Below, in pieces: positions 26,859-35,625 of a stretch of 58,952 nt of DNA. The notes below the pieces were generated by a model that saw nothing but the letters and a program-made list of their open reading frames with translations, was not told the origin of the DNA and searched no databases. The stretch comes from Planctomycetota bacterium (GTDB taxonomy: Bacteria > Planctomycetota > SZUA-567 > JAFGNG01), in NCBI GenBank assembly GCA_016927125.1, contig JAFGNG010000028.1, forward strand, positions 1 to 58,952. The letters are read 5' to 3'. Numbering within the stretch: the first letter of the stretch is position 1; each line of letters begins with the position of its first letter. A program made the translations under genes and the position numbers.

Positions 26859-29800
26859 TTACCTGTGCTCCCCATAATGCGTTTTCAAGATGACAAAATC
26901 AGTGAAATCAATCCTGCCGCTCTGGTCGAAGTCTGCGGGCGGGCAAGTGGTGCTGTACACGGTTCTCAGGATGATGAAATCTTCATAATCGACATGATCA
27001 TCACCATTAATATCACCCTGGAGCCAGTCCACAACAACTGAGACCGGTTCGCTCCACAGCTCGTGCTCATCCTTCACGCGCAGGAACACTTCATGCGGGC
27101 CGCGGTTCGCGAAGATGTAATTGAAATCCAAGGCTGTTGAAATAATAGTATCGCCCAGCTTCCATTCATACTCGGTAATTGCTTCGCCATCAGGGTCGAA
27201 ACAGCCAGAAGCATGGAAATACACTTTCAGCATTTCATACAACCCGGTTTCCGGCACCAATGCAAATGCGGGTACAGCGATCGGAGCTTCATTGACATCA
27301 AGCACCATGATAGTAAACTCCTCGTCGTATATCCCTCCGTTTCCATCGTCAGCGCGGATAGTGATGTTGTGCGAGATAGCGGCTTCGTAGTCCAGGGTAG
27401 CGCCGGCAGCTAACTGCAGCTTCCAGGTGCCACTGTGGTTAATCACTTCAAAGTAACCCGAAGGATCGCTGTGCAACGAGAAGGTAAGGGTATCATTCTC
27501 AGGATCAACACCGGTAATTGTATTGATCAATGTTCCTGCAGGGCTGTTTTCTTCTACATCCGGTTGCAGGTTATTAAGATTGTAGATATATGCGGAGCCG
27601 GAATCAGTGCCATTATCATCATCTCTATAAGCTCCGATCACAGCATAGTTTCCAGAAATGGAAACAGAGGAACCAAAGCAATCAACTTCTTCGCCGTCAG
27701 GGGCGGTCAATTTCTTAACTTCTGTCCAACTGGTGCCATTTCGTTTGAAGACGTAAGCAGAGCCAGGATCTTTTTGAAGTAAACCAGTACCAATCACAGC
27801 ATAGTCGCCGGAGATCGAGACAGAGTGGCCAAAGCCATCATACAACTCGCCGTCAGAGGCAATGATTTTGGTTTGTTCAGTCCAACTGCTTCCATCTCGT
27901 TTGAAGATATATGCAGCGCCGGAATAATAGCCATTGTTACCGTCACGGTCTGCTCCGATTACGGCATAGTCCCCGGAAATCGAGACAGAGCAGCCAAAAG
28001 CCTCACTCCTTACGCCATCAGCAGCGAAGATTTTGGTTTGTTCAGTCCAACTGGTTCCGGTTCGTACAAAGACATAAGCAGAGCCGCAAGCTATGCCATT
28101 ACCATCGCTATAAGGGCTTCCAATAACAGCATAGTCACCGGACATGGAGACAGAGGAACCAAAGCTATCATGACCATCACCGTCAGAAGCAATGATTTTA
28201 GTTTGTTCAGTCCAACTGATTCCGGCTCGGTTAAAGACGTAAGCGGAGCCGGAAAAATAGCCATTGTCATAGTCGCCCGGGGCCCCGACTACAGCGTAGT
28301 CTCCGGAAATAGAGACAGACTCACCGAAATAATCACCCACCGAGCCGTCAGAGGCGGTGATCTTAGTTTGTTCAGTCCAACTGCTTCCATCCCGTTTAAA
28401 AATATAAGCTGAACCGGGATTTGGATTCTGGCCATAATGAGCACCGCTAATTACGTAGTCGTCGGAAATAGAGGTGGAGCAGCCGAAGTGATCATTTGCC
28501 GCGCCGTCAGAGGCAGTCAGTTTGGTTTCCTCTGTCCAACTGGAACCACTTCGCGCAAAGATATAAGCAGAGCCGGAAGCACTGCCATTATCATCGTCAC
28601 CCTGAGCTCCGACTACCGCGTAGTCGCCGGAGATGGAAACAGATAAACCAAAGTTATCCAACTCTTCGCCATCAGAGGCGGTGAGCCTTGTCTCCAGCGC
28701 ACTCAAGTCTATATCAATAGGCGCTTCATTGACATCAAGTACTATGATAGTAAAGTTCTCATCGTATATCTCAGCATGCTCATCATAGGCGCGGATAGTG
28801 ATGTTATGCGAAGAGGCGGTTTCATAATCAAGGGTAGCGCTGGAGGCTACCTGCAGCTTCCAGGTGCCAGCATCATAAATAACTTCGAAATTGCCAGAAG
28901 GATCGCTTTGCAGATAGAAAAATACCGTGTCGTCATCAGGATCAGTACCGGTGATGATACCGACCAGGGTTCCGGCAGGACTGTTTTCTGCAATCTCGTT
29001 ATTAGACAACGAGATATCATCAGGCGCCTCATTGACATCAAGTACAATGAGAGTAAAGATTTCATCATATATCCCGCCATTTCCATCATCTGCACGGATA
29101 GTGATGTCATGCGAAGAGGCGGTTTCATAATCAAGGGTAGCGCCGGGAGCTGCTTGCAGCTTCCAGGTGCCGCCGTCATTAATAACCTCGAAATTTCCTG
29201 AAGGATCGCTTTGTAGTGAGAAGGTAAGGGTGTCGTCATCGGGATCAGTACCGGTGACGATACCTACTAAAGTTCCTGCAGAACTGTTTTCTGCAATCTC
29301 GTTATCAGTCAAAGAGATATCATCAGGCGCTTCATTAACATCAAGTACAGCAATAGTAAAGTTCTCGTCATATGTCCAACCATTCCCATCATCGGCGCGG
29401 ATAGTGATGTCATGCGAGATCGCGGTTTCGTAATCAAGGGTTGCGCCGGGAGCCACCTGCAGCTTCCAGGTGCCGCCATCATCAATAACCTCGAAATTGC
29501 CGGAAGGATCGCTTTGCAGAGAGAATGAAAGCGTGTCGCCATTGGGATCAGTACCAGTAATTATACCGACCAGGGTTCCTGCAGGACTGTTTTCTGCAAT
29601 ATCGCTATTAGACAAAGATATATCAGTCGGTGCTTCATCAATATCCAGTACGATGATAGTGAAGACCTCGTCATAGATCCCCCCATTCCCGTCATCGGCA
29701 CGGATAGTGATGTCATGCGAGGAAGTGGTTTCATAATCAAGGGTAGCTCCAGGAGCTACCTGCAGCTTCCATTCGCCGCTATCTTCTACGATTTCAAAGT

Positions 29801-31163
29801 AGCTTGAAGGATCGCTTTGCAGAGAGAAGGTGAGAGTATCACCATCTGGATCAACACCGGTAATTGTACTGACCCAAGTTCCTGCAGGGCTGTTTTCCTT
29901 AACAGCCAATTGGATATCGTATACATATGCAGACCCGGAATTACTGCCATTGTCATCGTCGCCATAAGCCCCTATCAAGGCGATATCATTGAAAATCGAG
30001 ACAGAACCAAAAAAGTCTTCGGCCGCGCCGTCAGAGGCAGTGATTTTAATCTGTTCAGTCCAACTGGTTCCATTCCGTACGAAGATATAAGCAGATCCGG
30101 AATCTGGGCCGTTGTCATTATTACCATTAGCCCCGACAATGGCATAGACGCCGGAGATGGATACAGAACAACCAAAATAATCATTCATTGCGCCATCAGA
30201 TGCGGTCAGCTTGGCTTCCTCAGTCCAACTGGTGCCGTCACGTTTAAAGACATATGCAGAGCCGGAATCGGTGCCATTGTCATCGTCTCTATTAGCTCCG
30301 ATAACAGTGTAGTCGCCGGAAATGGAGACAGATTGGCCAAAGTAATCATCCGCTGCGCCATCAGAGGCGGTTAGCTTGGCTTCTTGAATCCAACTGGTAC
30401 CGTCGCGTTTAAAAACGTATGCAGAACCGGAAAAGCTACCATTGTCATCGTCTCCATAAGACCCGACCACGGCATAGTCGCCGGAAATAGAGACAGACAA
30501 ACCGAAAAAATCATACTCTGCAGCATCAGAGGCGGCCAGCTTGGTTTGTTCAGTCCAATTAGTGCCGTCGCGTTTAAAGATGTATGCAGCACCGGAGCCA
30601 TTGCCATTCTCTTCGTCTTCATAAGCACCAACCACTGCGTAGTCTCCGGAAATGGATACAGAGTTGCCGAAACAATAATACTCCACGCCGTCACTAGCGG
30701 TCAGCTTGGCTTGCTCAGTCCAACTGGTGCCGTCGCGTTTAAAGATGTATGCAGAGCCGGAATTATTGCCATTGTCATCGTCTCCATTAGCCCCGACAAT
30801 AGCATAGTCATCGGAAATCGAGACAGAGCCACCGAAAACATCACTCGCTGCGCCATCAGAAGCAGTAAGTTTAGCTTCTTGAGTCCAGTTGCCGGCGTCG
30901 CGTTTAAAGATGTATGCAGAGCCAGAAGTCTCGCCATTATCATCGTCATAAACAGCTCCCACTACAGCGTAGTCGCCGGATATCGAGACAGAGTTGCCGA
31001 AATGATCACCCACTGAGCCGTCAGAGGAGACAATTTTTGTCTCTGATACATTTGATACTGCTACAGTGAGACTAATATCAGTTGGCGCGTCGTTAGCCAG
31101 TACCAAACTACCACTGCAAACCAGGCTGATTATCATTGCGAATAAAAATCTGCGAGCACTCAT
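26859..31163 (-). CDS. Secreted adhesin-like protein (1434 aa): two FG-GAP-like beta-propeller arrays, five cadherin-like domains, a PKD-like domain and a dockerin-type C-terminus
   Basis: Start at ATG 31163 (GGAG 7 nt upstream; MSARRFLFAMIISLVCSGSLVLA signal). About 15 units of the pattern KLTASDG..D.FG.SVSISGDYAVVGA..DD.NG..SGSAYIFKRDG.SWTEQ. Cadherin-like units carry ENSPAGTLVG..TGTDPD.DTL.FSL and LDVNEAP. The C-terminus is GDINGDDHVDYEDF...DFDQSGRIDFTDF. Confidence 0.85.
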   Translation of the reverse strand: MSARRFLFAMIISLVCSGSLVLANDAPTDISLTVAVSNVSETKIVSSDGSVGDHFGNSVSISGDYAVVGAVYDDDNGETSGSAYIFKRDAGNWTQEAKLTASDGAASDVFGGSVSISDDYAIVGANGDDDNGNNSGSAYIFKRDGTSWTEQAKLTASDGVEYYCFGNSVSISGDYAVVGAYEDEENGNGSGAAYIFKRDGTNWTEQTKLAASDAAEYDFFGLSVSISGDYAVVGSYGDDDNGSFSGSAYVFKRDGTSWIQEAKLTASDGAADDYFGQSVSISGDYTVIGANRDDDNGTDSGSAYVFKRDGTSWTEEAKLTASDGAMNDYFGCSVSISGVYAIVGANGNNDNGPDSGSAYIFVRNGTSWTEQIKITASDGAAEDFFGSVSIFNDIALIGAYGDDDNGSNSGSAYVYDIQLAVKENSPAGTWVSTITGVDPDGDTLTFSLQSDPSSYFEIVEDSGEWKLQVAPGATLDYETTSSHDITIRADDGNGGIYDEVFTIIVLDIDEAPTDISLSNSDIAENSPAGTLVGIITGTDPNGDTLSFSLQSDPSGNFEVIDDGGTWKLQVAPGATLDYETAISHDITIRADDGNGWTYDENFTIAVLDVNEAPDDISLTDNEIAENSSAGTLVGIVTGTDPDDDTLTFSLQSDPSGNFEVINDGGTWKLQAAPGATLDYETASSHDITIRADDGNGGIYDEIFTLIVLDVNEAPDDISLSNNEIAENSPAGTLVGIITGTDPDDDTVFFYLQSDPSGNFEVIYDAGTWKLQVASSATLDYETASSHNITIRAYDEHAEIYDENFTIIVLDVNEAPIDIDLSALETRLTASDGEELDNFGLSVSISGDYAVVGAQGDDDNGSASGSAYIFARSGSSWTEETKLTASDGAANDHFGCSTSISDDYVISGAHYGQNPNPGSAYIFKRDGSSWTEQTKITASDGSVGDYFGESVSISGDYAVVGAPGDYDNGYFSGSAYVFNRAGISWTEQTKIIASDGDGHDSFGSSVSMSGDYAVIGSPYSDGNGIACGSAYVFVRTGTSWTEQTKIFAADGVRSEAFGCSVSISGDYAVIGADRDGNNGYYSGAAYIFKRDGSSWTEQTKIIASDGELYDGFGHSVSISGDYAVIGTGLLQKDPGSAYVFKRNGTSWTEVKKLTAPDGEEVDCFGSSVSISGNYAVIGAYRDDDNGTDSGSAYIYNLNNLQPDVEENSPAGTLINTITGVDPENDTLTFSLHSDPSGYFEVINHSGTWKLQLAAGATLDYEAAISHNITIRADDGNGGIYDEEFTIMVLDVNEAPIAVPAFALVPETGLYEMLKVYFHASGCFDPDGEAITEYEWKLGDTIISTALDFNYIFANRGPHEVFLRVKDEHELWSEPVSVVVDWLQGDINGDDHVDYEDFIILRTVYSTTCPPADFDQSGRIDFTDFVILKTHYGEHR
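28700..29910 (-). repeat. Four tandem ~303-bp intragenic repeats encoding cadherin-like domains
   Basis: Four consecutive ~101-aa units with most residues identical (for example SDPSGNFEVI.DGGTWKLQ.APGATLDYET..SHDITIRADDGNG). The DNA-level similarity is visible by eye. Confidence 0.7.
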
Positions 31164-31281
31164 GGTTATTCTCCATCTGCCGGACAATAACTAATTTTAA
31201 TAAGATAGAAGTTCTCAATAAATAAAGGAACGGTGTCTGCCAAATATACCTAAGCAGCGATTCCAATCAAGTTGTAATGAC

Positions 31282-31310
31282 ACACTACTACATAAATAAT
31301 GGTTTGTCAA
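31282..31310 (-). promoter_or_regulatory. Candidate sigma70-type promoter of the 26859-31163 gene
   Basis: Minus strand: TTGACA (31310-31305), 17-nt spacer, TAGTGT (31287-31282), in the context AATTTGACAAA. Confidence 0.3.
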
Positions 31311-31411
31311 ATTAAACACAAGATTTTAATTTTATGTCTAACAACAGGATCTAACAGATTTTCAATGAATATATTATCCTTGGTATTCTTCAAAATTTCA
31401 TGTAGTGATGA

Positions 31412-31615
31412 GTTGGGCGTCCAGTTGGGCGGAACTGGGGAGACTTCCTGAGACTCTGTGAGACTACATGAGACTGAACTGGGGGTTTTGCAATTTACGC
31501 AAGAGGCTTGAAAACAGCTGGATAAAAGGTGTAACTTACACTATTCAGATTAGTTATATTGGAGCCACAAAGCCGATTCGCGCCTGGTGACAGACGGTTT
31601 ACAAACCGGTCGGCC
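31412..31615 (-). repeat. Repeat copy C: decayed tRNA-Thr 3' half (31560-31615), hairpin (31518-31548, one mismatch on minus), TGAGAC x4, TTGGGCG x2
   Basis: Same order and orientation as 45639-45935. Four GAGAC boxes sit at exact 10-bp spacing (31440-31474). GTTGGGCG occurs at 31412-31419 and 31424-31431. Confidence 0.75.
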
Positions 31616-31789
31616 AAATTCGATGACTTTTTGTTAAACAGAAGACGGTATGAATATCTATTTATTTATGGGTGTTTGAGTGGAGGTTCTGTTTATGTGT
31701 ATATTGATTTTTTGATTGTAATTCTGCTGTCATCCCTTAAGCATAACGTAAATTCCCTGTTAGAGATTTTATCCCGCTTTTAACTTAAA

Positions 31790-31817
31790 TTGCATTAATC
31801 TATATTCTGAGTATAAT
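31790..31817 (+). promoter_or_regulatory. Candidate sigma70 promoter of the MMPL/LolA-like/barrel cluster
   Basis: TTGCAT (31790-31795), 16-nt spacer, TATAAT (31812-31817). A GATAAAA-GGCCG-TTTTATC inverted repeat follows just downstream. Confidence 0.4.
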
Positions 31818-31912
31818 CAGTCAGATAAAAGGCCGTTTTATCAGTAGTTGTTACCTTGGTATTTTCACCCCCAAATCTTAACTTTTGGGATTAAGCAAGC
31901 AAGGGATTGATT

Positions 31913-34714
31913 ATGAACAAACTCGTTAGATTCTCGGTTAACAACCCGAAGGTAATAACTGTAATGATGGTAATCATAACCATTATTCTTGCCTTGTTGG
32001 CCGCACTCCCAACCCTGCTTCCAGAGTCCTTCCCCAGGTTAAAACCTGCAATGATTGATACCGACCCAGAGAACATGCTGCCTGAGGATGAACCGGTCCG
32101 GGTTTTCCATCAGGAGATGAAAAAGACCTTTGCTCTCTGGGACATGATCGTAGTCGGGGTAGTCAACAACCATCATCCCGAGGGAGTTTTTAATGTCGCC
32201 ACCCTGCAAAAAATCCACGCCCTGGCCAGCTATGCCGAAGAATTAACCTGGGCGGATCCGGATAATCCGGAGCATAAATCCGGCGTCATTGCCGTGGATA
32301 TGCTGGCGCCTTCGACCGTTGACAATATTGAACCTGGCGCCATCGGCGAGGTGAAATTTGAGTGGCTGATGAAATCCCCTCCCGCAACCCCTGAGGAAGC
32401 CCTGGCGGTGCGCGACAAAGCCAAGCGCATTCCCATGTTCAACGGCACGTTGGTTAGCGATGGGGATAAAGATGCTACCGGCCAGACCGCCGCGCCAAAA
32501 GCAATTGCTATTTATATCCCCTTAACTGACAAGCATCTCAGCTACAAGGTAGCCAGTAAGCTCCAGGAAAGAATTGCAGACTTTGGTATTGGTGATGAAG
32601 AATTCCATATCACCGGCCTGCCGGTGGCGGAGGATACCTTCGGGGTGGAGATGTTCAAGCAGATGGCACTCTCCGCGCCGCTGGCGATGCTGATTATCTT
32701 CCTGCTGATGTGGTTCTTCTTCCGCAAGTTCTCTCTGATTATCTCACCCATGATCGTCGCGGTGGTTTGTGTGATCCAAACCATGGGCCTGCTCGTTACC
32801 ACTGGCCACACCATTCACATTATGAGTTCGATGATCCCGATCTTTATCATGCCGATCGCGGTGCTGGATGCGATCCACATTCTCAGTGAATTTTTTGACC
32901 GCTATCAGGAAAGCAAGGACAAGCGCGAGACCATCCTGAAGGTCATGGATACGCTCTTCACCCCGATGCTCTATACCTCCCTGACCACTGCTGTCGGTTT
33001 TGCCTCGCTGGCCCTGACGCCAATTCCGCCGGTGCAGGTTTTCGGTCTGTTCATCGCCTTTGGGGTCATGATGGCATGGCTCTGGACGGTGACTTTTATC
33101 CCGGCATCCATCATGTTCATCCGCCAGAAGTCGCTGGACAATTTTGGCCTGACCGAGCACAACCAGGAGGTGGAATCGCATTCCCTGCTATCCCGGCTGC
33201 TGGCGGCCACCGGGCGTCTTACCTTCCAGCATGCGAAACTGATTATGTTGCTGGCTGTCCTGGTAGCGCTTGCCGCAATCTATGGGATTTCCAAGATCAA
33301 TATCAATGACAACCCGGTTAAATGGTTTGAGCCAAACCATTCCATCCGTATAGCCGACAAGGAGCTAAATAAGCATTTTGCCGGTACTTATATGGCTTAT
33401 CTTACGCTTGCCTCTGCTGCCGGAGACGAAACTGTCCCCGCCACCCTTGCTTCCTTGGAAAAAGCTGCCGAAGCCAAGGCCAAAACCCTTGCAGAGGATG
33501 GTTATGAGGGCGTTACAGCCGTCTTTGCCAATCTCCTCACCCAGGCGAAAAAGCTTGCGCCAGAGGCCGTTTTCCGCGCCCAGTTTCTGAAACTGCTTGA
33601 AACCTATGCCCAAGAGCAGGCGGAAGCGAAGACAACGCCGGAGGTACAGATTGATGCCTGGTATGAAGCTGCCACCTTTGTCAGTTCTGAGAAACAGAGC
33701 ATCCAGACCTTTAAGGATCCGGGTGTCCTGAACTGGATCGCGGGCCTGCAGCAGCATCTGCTCACCCTCCAGAGCCGTGACCAACGGCAATTGGTAGGCA
33801 AGTCCAGCTCGCTGGCAGACATTGTCCGGACTGTCTACCGGGAATTGCGGGGCGGTTCGCAGGAGTACTATATTATTCCTGATAACCGGCAAGGGGTTGC
33901 GCAAACCCTGATGCAGTACCAAAATAGCCACCGCCCGCAGGATCTCTGGCATTTTGTGGAAAAACCTGATGAAACAGCGGACCAACCCGGTTATCGCAAG
34001 ATCAGCCTCTGGATCCAGCTCAAAAGCGGGGACAACCAGGATATGCAAGAGGTGATTGATGGGGTGGACGCATATATTGCGGGCAATCCCCCGACCTCAC
34101 CGTTAACGCATAACTGGTTTGGCTTGACCTATATCAATGTGATCTGGCAGGACAAGATGGTACAGGGCATGTTGGGCGCCTTTCTTGGCAGCTTCCTGGT
34201 AGTTTTCTTGATCATGATGCTGCTCTTCCGCAGCGCCCTCTGGGGATTGCTGTCGATGGTGCCATTATTAGTTACTATTGGTGCTATTTATGGGTTAATT
34301 GGTTTTATCGGCAAGGATTATGACATGCCGGTAGCAGTGCTTTCGAGCCTCAGCCTGGGCTTGGCAATTGATTATGCGATCCACTTTCTTGCCCGTTCAC
34401 GAGAGTTAAGAGCCACCCAGGGAGAATGGCAGGCAACCGTGGGGCCGATGTTTGGCGAGCCCGCCCGGGCAATCACCCGCAATGTCCTGGTTATCGGTGT
34501 GGGTTTCCTGCCGCTCCTGGCCTGTAAATGCGGTACCTGTATCGCAATGGGCGTTACTGCCATAATCCTCATTGGGATAAATATTTATCAATTTATGGAA
34601 GCGGGAATAACAACTCTGAGCTTGATCAGCATTATCGGTGTGGTTATGCTGTTCCTGCTTTGTTGCCTGGCAAGCCGGAGGAGTTCCTGCCGCCAGGAGA
34701 CACATAACCGCTAA
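31913..34714 (+). CDS. MMPL/RND-superfamily exporter (COG1033-type, two 6-TM bundles)
   Basis: ~933 aa. Two hydrophobic 5-6 TM blocks are each preceded by a soluble loop. N-terminus is NKLVRFSVNNPKVITVMMV. Start moved to ATG 31913 (AAGGGA 6 nt upstream); the track start is TTG 31907. Confidence 0.8.
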   Translation: MNKLVRFSVNNPKVITVMMVIITIILALLAALPTLLPESFPRLKPAMIDTDPENMLPEDEPVRVFHQEMKKTFALWDMIVVGVVNNHHPEGVFNVATLQKIHALASYAEELTWADPDNPEHKSGVIAVDMLAPSTVDNIEPGAIGEVKFEWLMKSPPATPEEALAVRDKAKRIPMFNGTLVSDGDKDATGQTAAPKAIAIYIPLTDKHLSYKVASKLQERIADFGIGDEEFHITGLPVAEDTFGVEMFKQMALSAPLAMLIIFLLMWFFFRKFSLIISPMIVAVVCVIQTMGLLVTTGHTIHIMSSMIPIFIMPIAVLDAIHILSEFFDRYQESKDKRETILKVMDTLFTPMLYTSLTTAVGFASLALTPIPPVQVFGLFIAFGVMMAWLWTVTFIPASIMFIRQKSLDNFGLTEHNQEVESHSLLSRLLAATGRLTFQHAKLIMLLAVLVALAAIYGISKININDNPVKWFEPNHSIRIADKELNKHFAGTYMAYLTLASAAGDETVPATLASLEKAAEAKAKTLAEDGYEGVTAVFANLLTQAKKLAPEAVFRAQFLKLLETYAQEQAEAKTTPEVQIDAWYEAATFVSSEKQSIQTFKDPGVLNWIAGLQQHLLTLQSRDQRQLVGKSSSLADIVRTVYRELRGGSQEYYIIPDNRQGVAQTLMQYQNSHRPQDLWHFVEKPDETADQPGYRKISLWIQLKSGDNQDMQEVIDGVDAYIAGNPPTSPLTHNWFGLTYINVIWQDKMVQGMLGAFLGSFLVVFLIMMLLFRSALWGLLSMVPLLVTIGAIYGLIGFIGKDYDMPVAVLSSLSLGLAIDYAIHFLARSRELRATQGEWQATVGPMFGEPARAITRNVLVIGVGFLPLLACKCGTCIAMGVTAIILIGINIYQFMEAGITTLSLISIIGVVMLFLLCCLASRRSSCRQETHNR

Positions 34715-34740
34715 GAATACACTTTACTTAGGAGATGATT

Positions 34741-35604
34741 ATGAACAGATTTATCTTTAGCATCGCGCTCTTTAGTCTGCTGCTGTTTTGTATGCAACCA
34801 ACGGGAAAGTGCGCCGAAACGGAAAGCACGCCGGAGGTTGCAGCCGGGGCTTCAGCAGAAAAGCCATCTGTCGATAAGATTGTGGCTAAAGCCAACCATA
34901 TTGCCTATTACCAGGGACGTGATGGCCGGGCAGACGTGGAAATGACCATTATTGACCAGGACGGCAAGGAGCGCAGCCGCCAGTTTACCATTCTCCGGCG
35001 CGACGTGGAAGTGGAAGACGATAGCCCTGTACAGGCTGGAGATCAGAAATTTTATGTTTATTTCAAACGCCCGGCGGATTGGAATAAGACTGTCTTCATG
35101 GTGCATAAGAAGGTTGATGGCGATGATGATCGCTGGTTGTACTTGCCAGGTTTGGACTTAGTTAAAAGAATCGCTGCCAGTGACAAGCGCACCAGCTTTG
35201 TCGGCAGCCACTTCCTCTATGAAGATGTCTCGGGCCGCAACCCCAATGAGGATCGCCACGAGCTTTCCTCGGAAACTGAGGATGCGTATGTACTTAAAAA
35301 TACTCCTAAGAACCCTGAGACAGTGGAGTTCTCCTATTATCTCATGTATGTGCATAAAAAAACGTTCCTGCCCTATTACCTCGAATATTATAACAGTAAA
35401 GGCGAGAAATACCGGGTCGGGCGTGCGGTATCTACTGAAACAATAGATGGTTACCTGACAGTTACCAAAGGGGAAATGGAAGATCTCAATACCGGGGGCA
35501 AGACTGTAGTAACCTACAGCAAGGTCAAGTACAATACGGATCTCCCGGATGATATCTTCACCGAGCGCTACCTGCGCAATCCACCGCGGAAAGAGTTGCG
35601 GTAA
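34741..35604 (+). CDS. LolA-like outer-membrane lipoprotein-sorting family protein (periplasmic)
   Basis: Signal peptide, then the pattern characteristic of LolA_like domains (EMTIIDQDGKERSRQFTI...DDRWLYLPGLDLVKRIAASDKRTSFVGSHFLYEDV). ATG 34741 has GGAG 6 nt upstream. Confidence 0.8.
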   Translation: MNRFIFSIALFSLLLFCMQPTGKCAETESTPEVAAGASAEKPSVDKIVAKANHIAYYQGRDGRADVEMTIIDQDGKERSRQFTILRRDVEVEDDSPVQAGDQKFYVYFKRPADWNKTVFMVHKKVDGDDDRWLYLPGLDLVKRIAASDKRTSFVGSHFLYEDVSGRNPNEDRHELSSETEDAYVLKNTPKNPETVEFSYYLMYVHKKTFLPYYLEYYNSKGEKYRVGRAVSTETIDGYLTVTKGEMEDLNTGGKTVVTYSKVKYNTDLPDDIFTERYLRNPPRKELR

Positions 35605-35625
35605 GAGACTTAAGGTATAGCAAAT

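Noticed and set aside
31440-31474. The 10-bp-period GAGAC repeats as a possible mini-CRISPR or microsatellite.
   Set aside because: The repeat is 5-6 nt with 4-5 nt between boxes, at most four copies, and there are no cas genes. This is inconsistent with a CRISPR array and fits protein-binding boxes better.
34499-34714. The odd Cys-rich C-terminus of the MMPL exporter (LLACKCGTCIAMG...CCLASRRSSCRQ) suggested a frameshift.
   Set aside because: The +1 frame closes immediately after this point (TAA within nine codons); the third frame was not checked. The segment is still hydrophobic like a final TM pair, so no frameshift is called. It is worth checking against reads.
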